DNA from: Mobula hypostoma
Taxonomy: Eukaryota
DNA: 64,000 nt
Assembly (NCBI RefSeq): GCF_963921235.1
Contig: NC_086101.1
Location: 2,730,001 to 2,794,000 of the forward strand
Direction of reading: 5' to 3'
The translations under genes were made by a program, and so were the position numbers. This document shows positions 13,341 through 24,500 of this stretch, in pieces. The stretch's first letter is position 1, and every line of letters starts with the position of its first letter. A model generated the notes under the pieces. The model was given only the letters and a program-made list of their open reading frames with translations. It was not told the origin of the DNA and ran no database searches.

Positions 13341-14239
13341 CCTGAGCTGCTGCCCAGCACTCAGTGCTCTCCCGAGCCTCCTGCTCCTCCTCCTGCTGCA
13401 ACCCTTCCTCGATCTTTGCCTTTATATTGGCTTTGACTTCTCTTGTTAGCCATGGTTGTATCATCTTTCCTTCAGGCTGCTTCCTCCTCTTTGGAATGTA
13501 TATATTCTGTGCCTTCCAAATTGCTTCGAAAATTTCCAGCTATTGCTGCTCTGCCGTTATCCCTGCCAGTGTTCTTTACCAGTCTCCTCTCTCATGCCTT
13601 TGTAGTCTCACTTTAGCTTCTCTGTCTCAGAATTCAGGGTGAGTTTGAACATATTATGATGACCTTCCCCTAACGGTTCTTTTACCTTAAGTTTTCCGAT
13701 CAATGCTGGTTCATTGCACAACGCCCAATGCAGAATAGCTGCTCCCCTAGTGGGCTCATCATCAAGCTGCAAATTGCAACGGGAGATAGAAAATGCATGC
13801 CACCTCAGTGGCATTCTAGAAATTCCCCCTCTTGGAGTTTCTGCTTTTCTCTGTGACTACTGTGAGATTGCCAGCCTGCATTTTCCCGTGACTTCTGTGA
13901 GACTGACCATTTGGCATGCATTTTCTATCTCCTGTTGCAATTTGCAGACCATACTTTTGCTGCTGCTCAGAGGTCTGTATTTTTCTCCTATCAGCGTATT
14001 TTTTTCCTTGCAGTTCCTTAGCTCTATCTACAATGATTACCCAACTTCCCACCCTACATCACCTTCCCTACATTACCTGTTTCTAATGATTTGACTTCAT
14101 TTTTCACTAACAGATCAACATCACGCTGTCTGCCTTCCTGTCTGTCCTTTCGATGCAATGTGAATCCTTGGACTTTAAGCTTGTAGCTTTAATCTTCTTT
14201 CAGCCGTAATTCAGTGATGCCAACAACATCATACATTCC

Positions 14240-14992
14240 AATCTGGGAAAAAGCCTCTGACTATCCACATGATCAATACCTCTCATCATCTTATACACCT
14301 CTATCAGGTCACCTCTCATCCTCCGTCGCTCCAAGGAGACATGGCCCAGTTCACTCAACCTATTCTCATAAGGAATGCTCCCCAATCCAGGCAACATCCA
14401 TCTAAATCTCCTCTGCACCCTTTCTATGGTTTCCACATCTTTCCTATAGTGAGACGACCAGAACTGAGCACAGTACTCCAAGTGGGGTCTGACCAGGGTC
14501 CTATAGAGCTGCAACATCACCCCTCGGCTCTTAAACTCAATCCCATGGTTGATGAAGGCCAATGCACTGTATGCTTTCTTAACCAGAGAGTGAACCTGCG
14601 AAGCACTTTTGGTGTCCTATGGACTCGGACCCCAATATCCCTCTGATCCTCCACACTGCCAAGAATCTTACCATTAATACTATATTCTGCCATCATACTT
14701 GACCCACCAAAATGGACCACCTCACACTTATCTGGGTTGAACTCCATCTGCCACTTGTCAGGCCAGTTTTGCATCCTATCAATGTCCCGCTGTAACCTCT
14801 GACAACCCTCCATACTATTCACAACACCCCAGCCTTTGTGTCATCAGCAAACTTACTAACCCATCCCTCCATTTCCTCATCCAGGTCATTTATAAAAATC
14901 ACCAAGAGTAGGGGTTCCAGAACAGATCCCTGAGGCACACCACTGGTCACCGACCTCCATGCAGAATATGACCCGTCTACAACCACTCTTTG
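14240..14992 (-). mobile_element. CR1 RT fragment amid older CR1 debris (13400-14240)
   Basis: ORFs 14200..14562 and 14517..14822 with [13 protein letters not shown] and RPHLEYCAQFWS. Confidence 0.85.
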
Positions 14993-14994
14993 CT

Positions 14995-15698
14995 ATTGAG
15001 TTGAGTCGTGATGGAGAGAGAGAGAGGGAGAGATTTGAGTCTTCAGGTGAGCTGATGCCGTCGATCTCCTCGTTGTCCTTCGAAATCCTTTAAGGGTCAC
15101 CGACTGTGACTTTAACAAAGGGAACCAGTTTTATGTGGTGCAGATATGCCCCAGGCGAGGGTGGACACATGGACAACTCTCCACCAGTCAACCCTTTTCC
15201 TCTTCCCACTGCAAAAGTGACTAATCGATCCGTCTGATCGATCCTCCAAATCCCACTTTTCCTGCGGGCATAACAATGCTCATTCAGTGTCCAAACATGT
15301 GTCTGAGGTCTATATCATCTGACCTTCTATTTTATCTTCCCGTGCTGAGCATCAACTGTTACTCAAATAACTCCTCCTTCCTCTCTCTATGTAAGAAATG
15401 CAAGCAGGCAAAAGTCCTTGAGAAGTATCAACACACTGCCGGAAGTCATAACATCGAGTGTCCATTAAATAACAGCCCTCGGTTACCATAGCAACTTACG
15501 AGCTGCTCGGTGCCATCTCCAACTCCAACTCAAACTCAGCAGAAATCGAACAGTTACTTCCAGTGCCTTAAAGTAACAGTCCAACAGTTAGTCTTTGTCT
15601 CTCTCTCTCTTCAAAACAAGATATCGATGTTAAAATAACTCTCTCTCTCTCTCTTTCCAAAAGCACAGTTCATAGGGGTAATTCAGGACCCCGTCACA
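14995..15698 (-). mobile_element. Truncated LTR-like element
   Basis: Ends in CGTCACA like the solo LTR at 28880-29746 and shares GGTCACCGACTGTGAC and the GA-run layout with it. Confidence 0.6.
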
Positions 15699-15842
15699 CA
15701 AGCGATGGAAATTATTTTAAGAGCGGAAAGAGAAACAATTCCAACTCAGGTTAGAGACAAAACCCAATACACATCAGCTCTGGCAAAGTTTGCAGGCTAT
15801 TATTTCCTGCAAAATGAGAGCATTCATCACGAATGGTAGATA

Positions 15843-16255
15843 ATGGCACTCAAAAACTTTTATACTTGTACTGTGGAATGCGTTCTGAGAGGCTGCATCA
15901 CTGTCTGCTATGGAGGGGCTACTGCACAGGACCGAAAGAAGCTGCAGAGGGTTGTAAATCTAGTCAGCTCCATCTTGGGCACTAGCCTACAAAGTACCCA
16001 GGACATCTTTAGGGAGCGGTGTCTGAGAAAGGCAGCGTCCATTATTAAGGACCTCCAGCACCCAGGACATGCCCTTTTCTCACTGTTACCATCAGGGAGG
16101 AGATACAGAAGCCTGAAGGCACACACTCAGCGATTCAGGAACAGCTTCTTCCCCTCTGCCATCCGATTCCTAAATGAACATTGAACTCTTGGACACTACC
16201 TCATTTTTTTTAGTATAGAGTATTTTTGTTTTTTTGCATGTTTTAAAAATCTATG
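15843..16255 (+). mobile_element. Rex1/Babar-type LINE 3' fragment
   Basis: LKNFYTCTVECVLRGCITV.YG..TAQDRKKLQRVV...[30 protein letters not shown]. Confidence 0.85.
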
Positions 16256-16889
16256 GTATATGGTGACAGAAATGCATTTTGATAATACTTTTACTTTAAA
16301 CTTCGAACTAGCCATTTTAATTCCTCTTTCCACTCCCACACGGACTCCTCTCTTGACAGGATGAGGCGAAGCGCCAACGAGAAGTACATTACTTGGCTAT
16401 TCTACCAGCTGACTGCCTGAACACTGAAGGCTCCATTTCACCTACCCTGCTCCCGCATCTTCACTGCAGTATATGGTGACTTTCTGCACTTTGACAATAA
16501 ATAAGTGTATCTTTCCTCATAACTGAAGAGGCGGCAACCCAACACCTCAGACCCGGATTTAATCACGACCTCGGGTGCTGTCTGCATGAAGTTTGCACGT
16601 CCTCCCTGTGATCACGTCTGGTGCTCTCGGGCTTCTTCCCACATCCCAGAAATGTGGTGTGTCGGTGGAAACACACTCCACATGCTGGGGAATTCAACAA
16701 GTCAGGCAGCATCTCCGGAGGTAACTGAACGGACAATGTTTCGATTGAGACCCTTCATCGGACTGGAAGGGTGTGAGCGGTGATGGTGGCGGGGGAAAAG
16801 CCAGAAAAAGATTAGGGGAGGAGAAGGAGTATAAGCTGGTAGCTTATAGGTGAGACCGAGTGATGGGGAAGGTGCGTAAGAAGCTGGGA

Positions 16890-17376
16890 GAGTATAGGTG
16901 GGAGGGTATAGGTGGGAGGGTATAGGTGGGAGGGTATAGGTGGGAAGGTATAGGTGGGAGGGTATAGGTGGGAGGGTATAAGTGGGAAGGTATAGATGGA
17001 AGGGTATAGGTGGATGTATATAGGTGGGAAGGTATAGGCGGGAAGGTATAGGTGGGAGGGTATAGGTGGGAGAATATTGGTGAGAGGGTATAGGTGGGAA
17101 GGTATAGGTGGAAAGGTATAGGTGGATGTATATAGGTGGGAAGGTATAGGTGGGAAGGTATAGGTGGAAGGGTATAGGTGGGAGGGTATAGGTGGGAGAG
17201 TATAGGTGGGAGAATATTGGTGGGAGGGTATAGGTGCGAAGGTATAGGTGGAAGGGTATAGGTGGATGTATGTAGGTGGGAAGGTATAGGTGGGAAGGTA
17301 TAGGTGGAAGGGTATAGGTGGGAGAATATTGGTGGAAGAGTATAGGTGGGAGGGTATAGGTGGGAGGGTATAAGTG
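16890..17376 (+). repeat. 14-bp G-rich minisatellite (TATAGGTGGGAGGG)n, about 35 copies
   Basis: Direct reading; variant units recur at multiples of 14 nt. Confidence 0.97.
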
Positions 17377-17798
17377 GAAGAGGGAAGGACTGGAGAAGAA
17401 GGAATCTGATAGGTGTCAGTAGACCATGAATCAGAAATAGATTCAGGGTTGATATCACAAGCATTTCTCATGAAATATGTTGTTGAAGCTGCAGGATATT
17501 AGAATAGTTAATATAAAGCTATAATTTTCAATAAGAAAGTATTTATATTTAAAAGATAACATTTAATCTGTAGGGCAATACTCAACAGAAAAATGGCGAG
17601 GTAGTGTACATTCAGAAATCTGATGGCGAAGGGGAAGAAGCTGTTTCTGCACCGTTGAGTGCGTTTCCACGGGCTCCGGTGCGGTACCTTGACGGTTGTA
17701 CTAAGAAGGGGGTGCGTCCTGGGTGATGGGGGTCCTCAAGTACGCACGGAAGCAAGAGCGGAACCGCTTCGTTACCTCACATACGTTGCAAGTTAGTG

Positions 17799-17877
17799 CA
17801 AGAGTTTCCAACCCTTTTATGCCAGGGGCTCCTCCCATAAACCGAGCGGTCTGCGGACTCCAGGTTGGCAACCCCTG
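17799..17877. mobile_element. Tiny MITE-like element with hAT-type TIRs
   Basis: CAAGAGTTTCCAACC ... GGTTGGCAACCCCTG imperfect terminal inverted repeats. Confidence 0.45.
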
Positions 17878-18224
17878 GGCTCGTGTTAAATCGGAGCGGA
17901 GTGAGGGGCCGGTGAAGTGAGAGTTAATGGGACTGTGGAGTGTAATGGGTGGTCATTGTGATCTGGGCAGAACAGTCTGCTACCGTTCCGTATCTTTCTG
18001 CACCTCTGCGGCGTTGAGAAATTTCGCACTTTCGACTCCGCTGCCTTTCCCGTTCATTCCCGACCTGTGCAATCAACAGCAGCTCCCCTTTCCCCTACTG
18101 ACTGCCGGCCTTCACAAGGAGACTAAAAAGCTATTCTACTCCCTGGGTCAATGCTGATAACGCGTCCTATCTGAATAGGGAGATTACCGATCAAACATGC
18201 CACACAATTTGTGTGCAACTTCTA

Positions 18225-18280
18225 GTTTACGGTTAACTTCGGTGCAAACAGATAAAGAGCGGAAGGTGCAGCTGATTGGC
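18225..18280 (+). promoter_or_regulatory. Candidate proximal promoter motifs of the CYP2 gene
   Basis: HNF1-like GTTTACGGTTAAC (18225-18237, 10/13 to consensus), FOXA-like GCAAACA (18244-18250), GATA site AGATAA (18250-18255), reverse CCAAT (18275-18279); non-repetitive DNA 80-135 nt upstream of the ATG. Motif matches only. Confidence 0.35.
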
Positions 18281-18360
18281 GGCGGTGAGCGGGTGGGGGC
18301 TCACCGTTTTAGGGGTTCTAAGAGGTTCGGCAAGGCGCAGTGGGCACAACGCTACCGACC

Positions 18361-18561
18361 ATGGTGTTGCGGGATCTGCCCGCGCTCGACGCCGGAACAG
18401 GCTTGCTCCTGTGCGCGCTTCTCGTGATCTTAGTGCTGATGCTCCTAGTCAGGGAACAGAAGCGTTCCGCGCCCCGATACCCTCCCGGTCCGAAGGGGCT
18501 GCCGGTAATCGGCAACTTACACCAGGTCGATCTGCGGAAACTCCACCTGTCGCTGCAGGAG
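18361..18561 (+). CDS. CYP2: CYP2 exon 1 (signal-anchor, PPGP hinge)
   Basis: ACCATGG Kozak context; [30 protein letters not shown]...[16 protein letters not shown]...SLQE; donor GAG|gtaaag. Confidence 0.93.
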
Positions 18562-21500
18562 GTAAAGGGAAGCCAGGATGTCATTTAGGCAGAGAAGGGG
18601 CGCTCTTTCCCGGGACCAGGGACCCGGGTTCGATTCCGACCTCGGCGCTGGCTGTGTGGAGTTTGCACGTTACCCCTTCCCCCACTCCCCACCACACACA
18701 TACACCGCGTGGTTTTCTCCCACATTCCAGAGACGTCTCAGGGCGTTCGGGTAGCGGGGGGTGGTTGGCGCAACGTTTTCCTGCGCTAGCGACCTGTCGC
18801 TATCTGTAAGGTATTTATACATTTTCCTTGTGCTGTGTGGGTTTCTCCGGATGCTCCGGTTTCCACCCACGATGACAGCTCCGGCGACCCGGGTTTCATT
18901 CCCGAGGGTGTTTGTCAGGGTTTGCTGTGGGTTCCAGTGCGTTTCCAGTCTGTTTGTTCTATACAGAGCAGTAAGCCTGGTCTGCGCTGCCCGGGGTAGT
19001 GGCAGGGGCAGGTACACCAGTTCGGCACATTACTGTTGAGAAAGTGGAAGGATATTGTGTCGGCAGAGGTGATGTTCAGTTCGCCATTAGACTACTAATT
19101 TAATTGGCTGTACACAACATTGTGGGCCGAAGGGCCTGCCCCTGTACTGTATTGTTATATCGTCTATGTTCCATGTTCCAAGCTGTCCAAGATTTACGGA
19201 CCCATCTTCTCACTGCGCCTGGGCTTGGAGCGGGCGGTGGTGCTGAGCGGCTACGAGGTGGTGAAGGACGCGCTTGTCAACCGTGCTGAGGAATTCATGG
19301 GGCGACACCAGAACAGAATGACCCAGAAGATCAGGAAAAATCACGGTGAGTTCGCATCGCCAGCGCCCGGTGGCCGGGCCTGCAAAACCAGCACGGCAGC
19401 TTCGAGGTTAGCACGCCCTTACTACAGCTCAGAGCGTGGGAGCTTGGGGCTCCACTCCGATAACATCTGTGAAAGGTTTGTACTTTCTTCCCGTGACAGC
19501 GTGGGCGTCCTCCGGGTACCCCGTTTCCTCCCGCCGTTCAAGCACGTTCCGCTTCGCAGGGTAATTGGCCATTGTAAGTTGCCCTGTGTTTAGGCTAGGG
19601 TCAAACCGATGTGTTTCTGGGTGGTCCGGTTCGATCGGCGTGGAAGGTCTTTTCCACGCTGTTTCTGTCAATAAATAGACCGATGGAGAAGTAATTAAAC
19701 AAACAAATAAATAAATAGACATGCGAATGACGTGTGTGAGAAATGGGGCGAAAGTTCGAGAGCGAGTCGCGCACGGGGCCCTTCCGAACTCCAGCCGGAG
19801 GTACACGGCAGGCCAGGCAGCGTCTGTGGAGAGAAATAGGAAGCTGACGTACAAGTCCCAAGTGTTGACTGTCCCTTCCCCTCCACAGAGGCTGCCCGAT
19901 CTGGCTGTTTCCCCCCCCCCCCCCACCACCCCTTCTGCTTGGCAAGTGCATCCAACTTTCCGGCATCTCCCATCTCTGCAGACTTCAACCGGCGTTGGAG
20001 GAGGGTGAATGGGGATGGGGGTGGGGGGTGAGAATCAGAATGTGAGTGCAGAGATTAGGGTAGAAGGACAAGGGCATGATGCTATGTGTTCTGAGTTGGT
20101 GAGGAAGGACAGGCAGGGGACAAAACATAAATGTAGCCAGTTAGAGGGGTTGACGTATTTCAACGCTAGGAAAAAGGGAGCTGAACTTAGAGCATGGATC
20201 AGTACGTGGGACTACGATGTTGTGGCCGTTACTGAAACTTGGCTGGAGGAAGGGCAGGATTGGCTGATGCAGTTACTGGGGTTTCAGTGTTTTAAAAGGA
20301 ATAGGATGGGAGGTAGAAAAGGGGAGTGGGGAGTAGCATTACTGGTCAGGGATAGTATCACGGCTATAGAAAGGGATGACGCTGCAGAGGGAGTGTCCAC
20401 TGAGTCGGTGTGGGTGGAAGTCAGAAACAGGAATGGATCAATCACTGTGCTGGGAGTAGTCTATAGGCCCCCAAATAGCCCTCGGGACAAGATAAGCAGG
20501 CAGATTTTAGAAAATGGTGCAGGAAATAGCGAGAGGATTCGAGTACAGGAGCAGGGAGGTACTACTGCAGTTGTACAAGGCCTTGGTGAGACCACACCTG
20601 GAGTATTGTGTGCAGTTTTGGTCCCCTAATCTGAGGAAAGACATCTTTGCCATAGAGGGAGTACAAAGAAGGTTCACCAGATTGATTCCTGGGATGGCAG
20701 GTCATTCATATGAAGAAAGACTGGATGAACTGGGCTTGTACTTGTTGGAATTTAGAAGATTGAGGGGGGATCTGATTGAAACGTATAAGATCCTAAAGGG
20801 ATTGGATAGGCTAGATGTGGGAAGATTGTTCCCGATGTTGGGGAGGTCTAGAACGAGGGGTCACAGTTTGAGGATAGAGGGGAAGCCTTTTAGGACCGAG
20901 GTTAGGAAAAACTTCTTCACACAGAGAGTGGTGAATCTGTGGAATTCTCTGCCACAGCAAACTGTTGAGGCCAGTTCATTAGCTATGTTTAAAAGGAAGT
21001 TAGATATGGCCCTTGTGGCTACAGGGGTCAGGGGGTATGGAGGGAAGGCTGGGTTCTGAGTTGGATGATCAGCCATGATCATAATAAATGGTGGTGCAGG
21101 CTCGAAGGGCCGAATGGCCTACTCCTGCACCTATTTTCTATGTTTCTATGTTTCTATGAAATACAGGGTTGTAGTTATGGGTGATTTCGACTTCCCTCAT
21201 ATTGACTGGCACCTCCTGACTGCAAAGGGGATAGATGGGACTGAATTTGTCAGGTGTGTTCAAGAAGGATTCCTGACACAGTATGTGGACCGGCCGACGA
21301 GAGGAGAGGCCATACTGGATTTAGTTCTGGGTTATAAACCTGGTCAGGTGGCAGACCGCTTGGTGGGGGAGCATTTTGGTGAGAGTAACCACAACTCCCT
21401 TAGCTTCAGCATAGCTATGGAAAAGGATAAAAACAGACAAAATAGGAAAGTGCTTAACTGGGGAAGGGCTAACTATGAAGGATGAGGCAGCAACTAGCGA

Positions 21501-24500
21501 GAGCAAATTGGAAACAGATGTTCAGGGTGAAAGCAGAGAAGTAATGTGGAGGAAGTTTAGGGACCACTTTTGCTGGGTTCAGGATAGGTTTGTCCCACTG
21601 AGGCAGGAAAAAATGGTAGGAAAAGGGAACCGTGGTTGACAAAACACATGAGGCAACTTGTCAAGAGGAAGAAGGAAGCATATGTTAGATATAAGAAGCA
21701 GGAAGGGCTCATGAGAAATATAGGGTAGCCAGGAAGGAGCTTAAGAAAGGATTTAGGAGAGCTCGAAGGGGGCATGAGAAGGCCTTGGCATGTAGGATTA
21801 AGGAGAATCCCAAGGCGTTCTATGCGTATGTGAAGAACAGAAGGATGACAAGAATGAAGGTGGGGCCGCTAAAGGATAAAGAGGCAACATGTGCCTGGAG
21901 GCGGAGGAGGTTGGGGAGGTCCTAAATGAATACTTTGCTTCAGTATTCACAAGTGAAAAGGATCTTGATCAGGGTGAGGTCGAAATAGAACAGGCCTGGG
22001 TGCTGGACAATGTGGAGATTAAGGAAGAAGAAGTGTTGGATTATCTTAAAAACATCAAGATTGATAAATCCCCAGGCCCCGACGTGATATACCCCAGGTT
22101 GCTGTGGGAAGTGAGAGAAGAGATCACTGGAGCAGTAGCTATGATCTTTGAATCCTCTCTGGCTGCAGGGGAGGTGCCGGTGGGTTGGAGAATGGTGAAT
22201 GTAGTTCCCTTGTTTAAAAAAGGTAATAGGGAGAATCCTGGGAACTATAGACCGGTGAGTCTTGCGTCGGTGGTCTGCAAACTATTGGAAAGGATTCTTA
22301 AGAATAGGATCTACGAGCACTTGGAGAAGTACAGTCTACTCAAGGATAGTCAACATGGCTTTGTGAAGAGAAGGTCGTGCCTCACGAGCCTAATTGAGTT
22401 TTTTGAAGAGGTAACAAAAGAAATTGATGAGGGCAGGGCAGTAGATGTGGTCTACATGGATTTTAGCAAGGCATTTGACAAGGTCCTTCACGAGAGACTC
22501 ATCCAGCAAGTCATGAGGCATGGGATCAGTGGAATCTTGGCTGTCTGGATAAAATATTGGCGTAAAGGAAGAAAGCAGAGGGGAGTTGTGGAAGGAAAGT
22601 ATTCTGACTGGAGGTCAGTGACCAGTGGAGGGCCATAGAGATCTATCCTGGGACCCCTGCTATTTGTGATTTTTATAAATGAACTGGATGAAGAGGCGGA
22701 AGGATGGGTGAGTAAGTTTGCGGATGATACGAAGATTGGAGGAGTTGTGGATGGAGCTGTAGGTTGTCGAAGGTTAGAAGAGGATACAGACAGGATGCAG
22801 AGTTGGGTAGAAAAGTGGCAGATGAAGTTCAATCCGGATAAGTGTGAGGTGATGCATTTTGGAAGAACAAACCAAAAGGCTGAGTACAGGTTTAATGGTC
22901 GGTTGGATGAACAAAGGGACCTTGGGGTTCAAATCCATACATCCCTCAAGGCCGCTGCACAGGTTGATAGGATAGTTAAGAAGGCCTGTGGGACGCTAGG
23001 CTTCATTAATAGGGGGATTGAGTTCAAGAGTAGAGAGGTCATGTTGCAACTCTACAAATCTCTGGTGAGACCACACTTAGAGTACTGTGTTCAGTTCTGG
23101 TCACCTCATTATAGGAAGGATGTGGAAGTTATGGAGAGGGTGCAGAGGAGATTTACCAGGATGTTGCCTGGATTGGAAAACAAGTCTTATGAGGCAAGGT
23201 TAGCAGAGCTGGGACTTCTCTCTTTGGAGTGTAGAAGAATGAGAGGGGAGTTGATAGAGGTCTACAAGATTATGAGAGGCATAGATAGGGTGGATAGCCA
23301 GTACCTGTTTCCCAGGGCAGAAATAGCAAACACTAGAGGGCATATGTACAAAGTTAAGGGAGGGAAGTTTAGGGGAGACATCAGGGGTAAGTTTTTTACA
23401 CAGAGGGTTGTGGGTGCCTGGAATGACTTGCCAGGGATGGTGGTGGAGGCTAAAACATTCGGGGTATTTAAGAGCCTCTTGGACAGGCACATGGATGAAA
23501 GAAAAATAGAGGGTTATGGGGTAGTGTGGGTTTAGTTCGGTTTTTAAGGATTATATGGGTCAGCACAACATCGAGGGCAGAAGGGCCTGTACTGTGCTGT
23601 AATGTTCTATGGTCCTATGGTTCTATGGTGTGGAAAGGATGTTTCCCATGGTGGGGGAGTCTAGGACAAGGGGGCACAGCCTCAGGATAGAGGGGTGTCC
23701 ATTCAAAACAGATGGTGAAGTTGTGCAATTTAATAGGTTGGGTAGGTGTGGATGCCAGGTTGCTGGTGTATTTAAGGGAGTGCTTGATAGGTTCCTGACT
23801 GGACATGGCATCAGATGTTATAGGGAGAAGGCTGGCGTGTGTCACTGAGGAGTAGGAAGGATCAGCCATGATGGAATGGTGGAGCAGCTTGACGGGCCTT
23901 TGCATCTCAGTTTTTTTTTGTATTTTCTCTCCATTTAGAAATTGGTTAACCCCTTTAATTTCTTCTACCAAAGAACACAGCCATCAATTTCCCTCCACTG
24001 TATGCCTTCTGCCACATCTTTGCCCATTCATCTTAATCTGTCTAACTCCTTTTCCTTTCCTCAAAATTACCTGCCTATCTTCACATCTTGCCACATGCCA
24101 AGAATTCCATCATCCATATCTTTGATATATACCATAAATAGAATCGGTCGCAATACATACACCTGTGGACCATCACGTGTCCCCGGCAGCCAGTCAAAAA
24201 GGCTCCCTTTATTGCCCGACCATGTCTCCTGCCATTCAGCCACTGCTTTATCCATGCCAGAATCTTTCCTGTAATGCCAAGTGTATGTACCTTGTTCAGC
24301 AGCCTCATGTGTCAAAGACCTCCTGAAAATCCAAGTTCACAACATCAGCTGATTCCCCTTTGTCTATCCAGCTTGTTATTTCTTCAAAGAATTCCAGCTG
24401 ATTTGTTGGGCAAGCTTCTCCCTTGAGGAAACCATGCCAACTATGGCCTATTTTATTATGAGCCTCCATGTACCCTGAGACCTCATCCTTACTAATCAAC

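Noticed and set aside
16812..17471. Long Pro/Tyr-rich ORFs on the minus strand; also a superficially array-like repeat
   Set aside because: Translations of the 14-bp minisatellite; there are no unique spacers and the DNA is vertebrate, so not CRISPR
18340..18360. Upstream GTG start given by the ORF track for CYP exon 1
   Set aside because: The ATG at 18361 has a strong Kozak context and gives a normal-length P450 N-terminus
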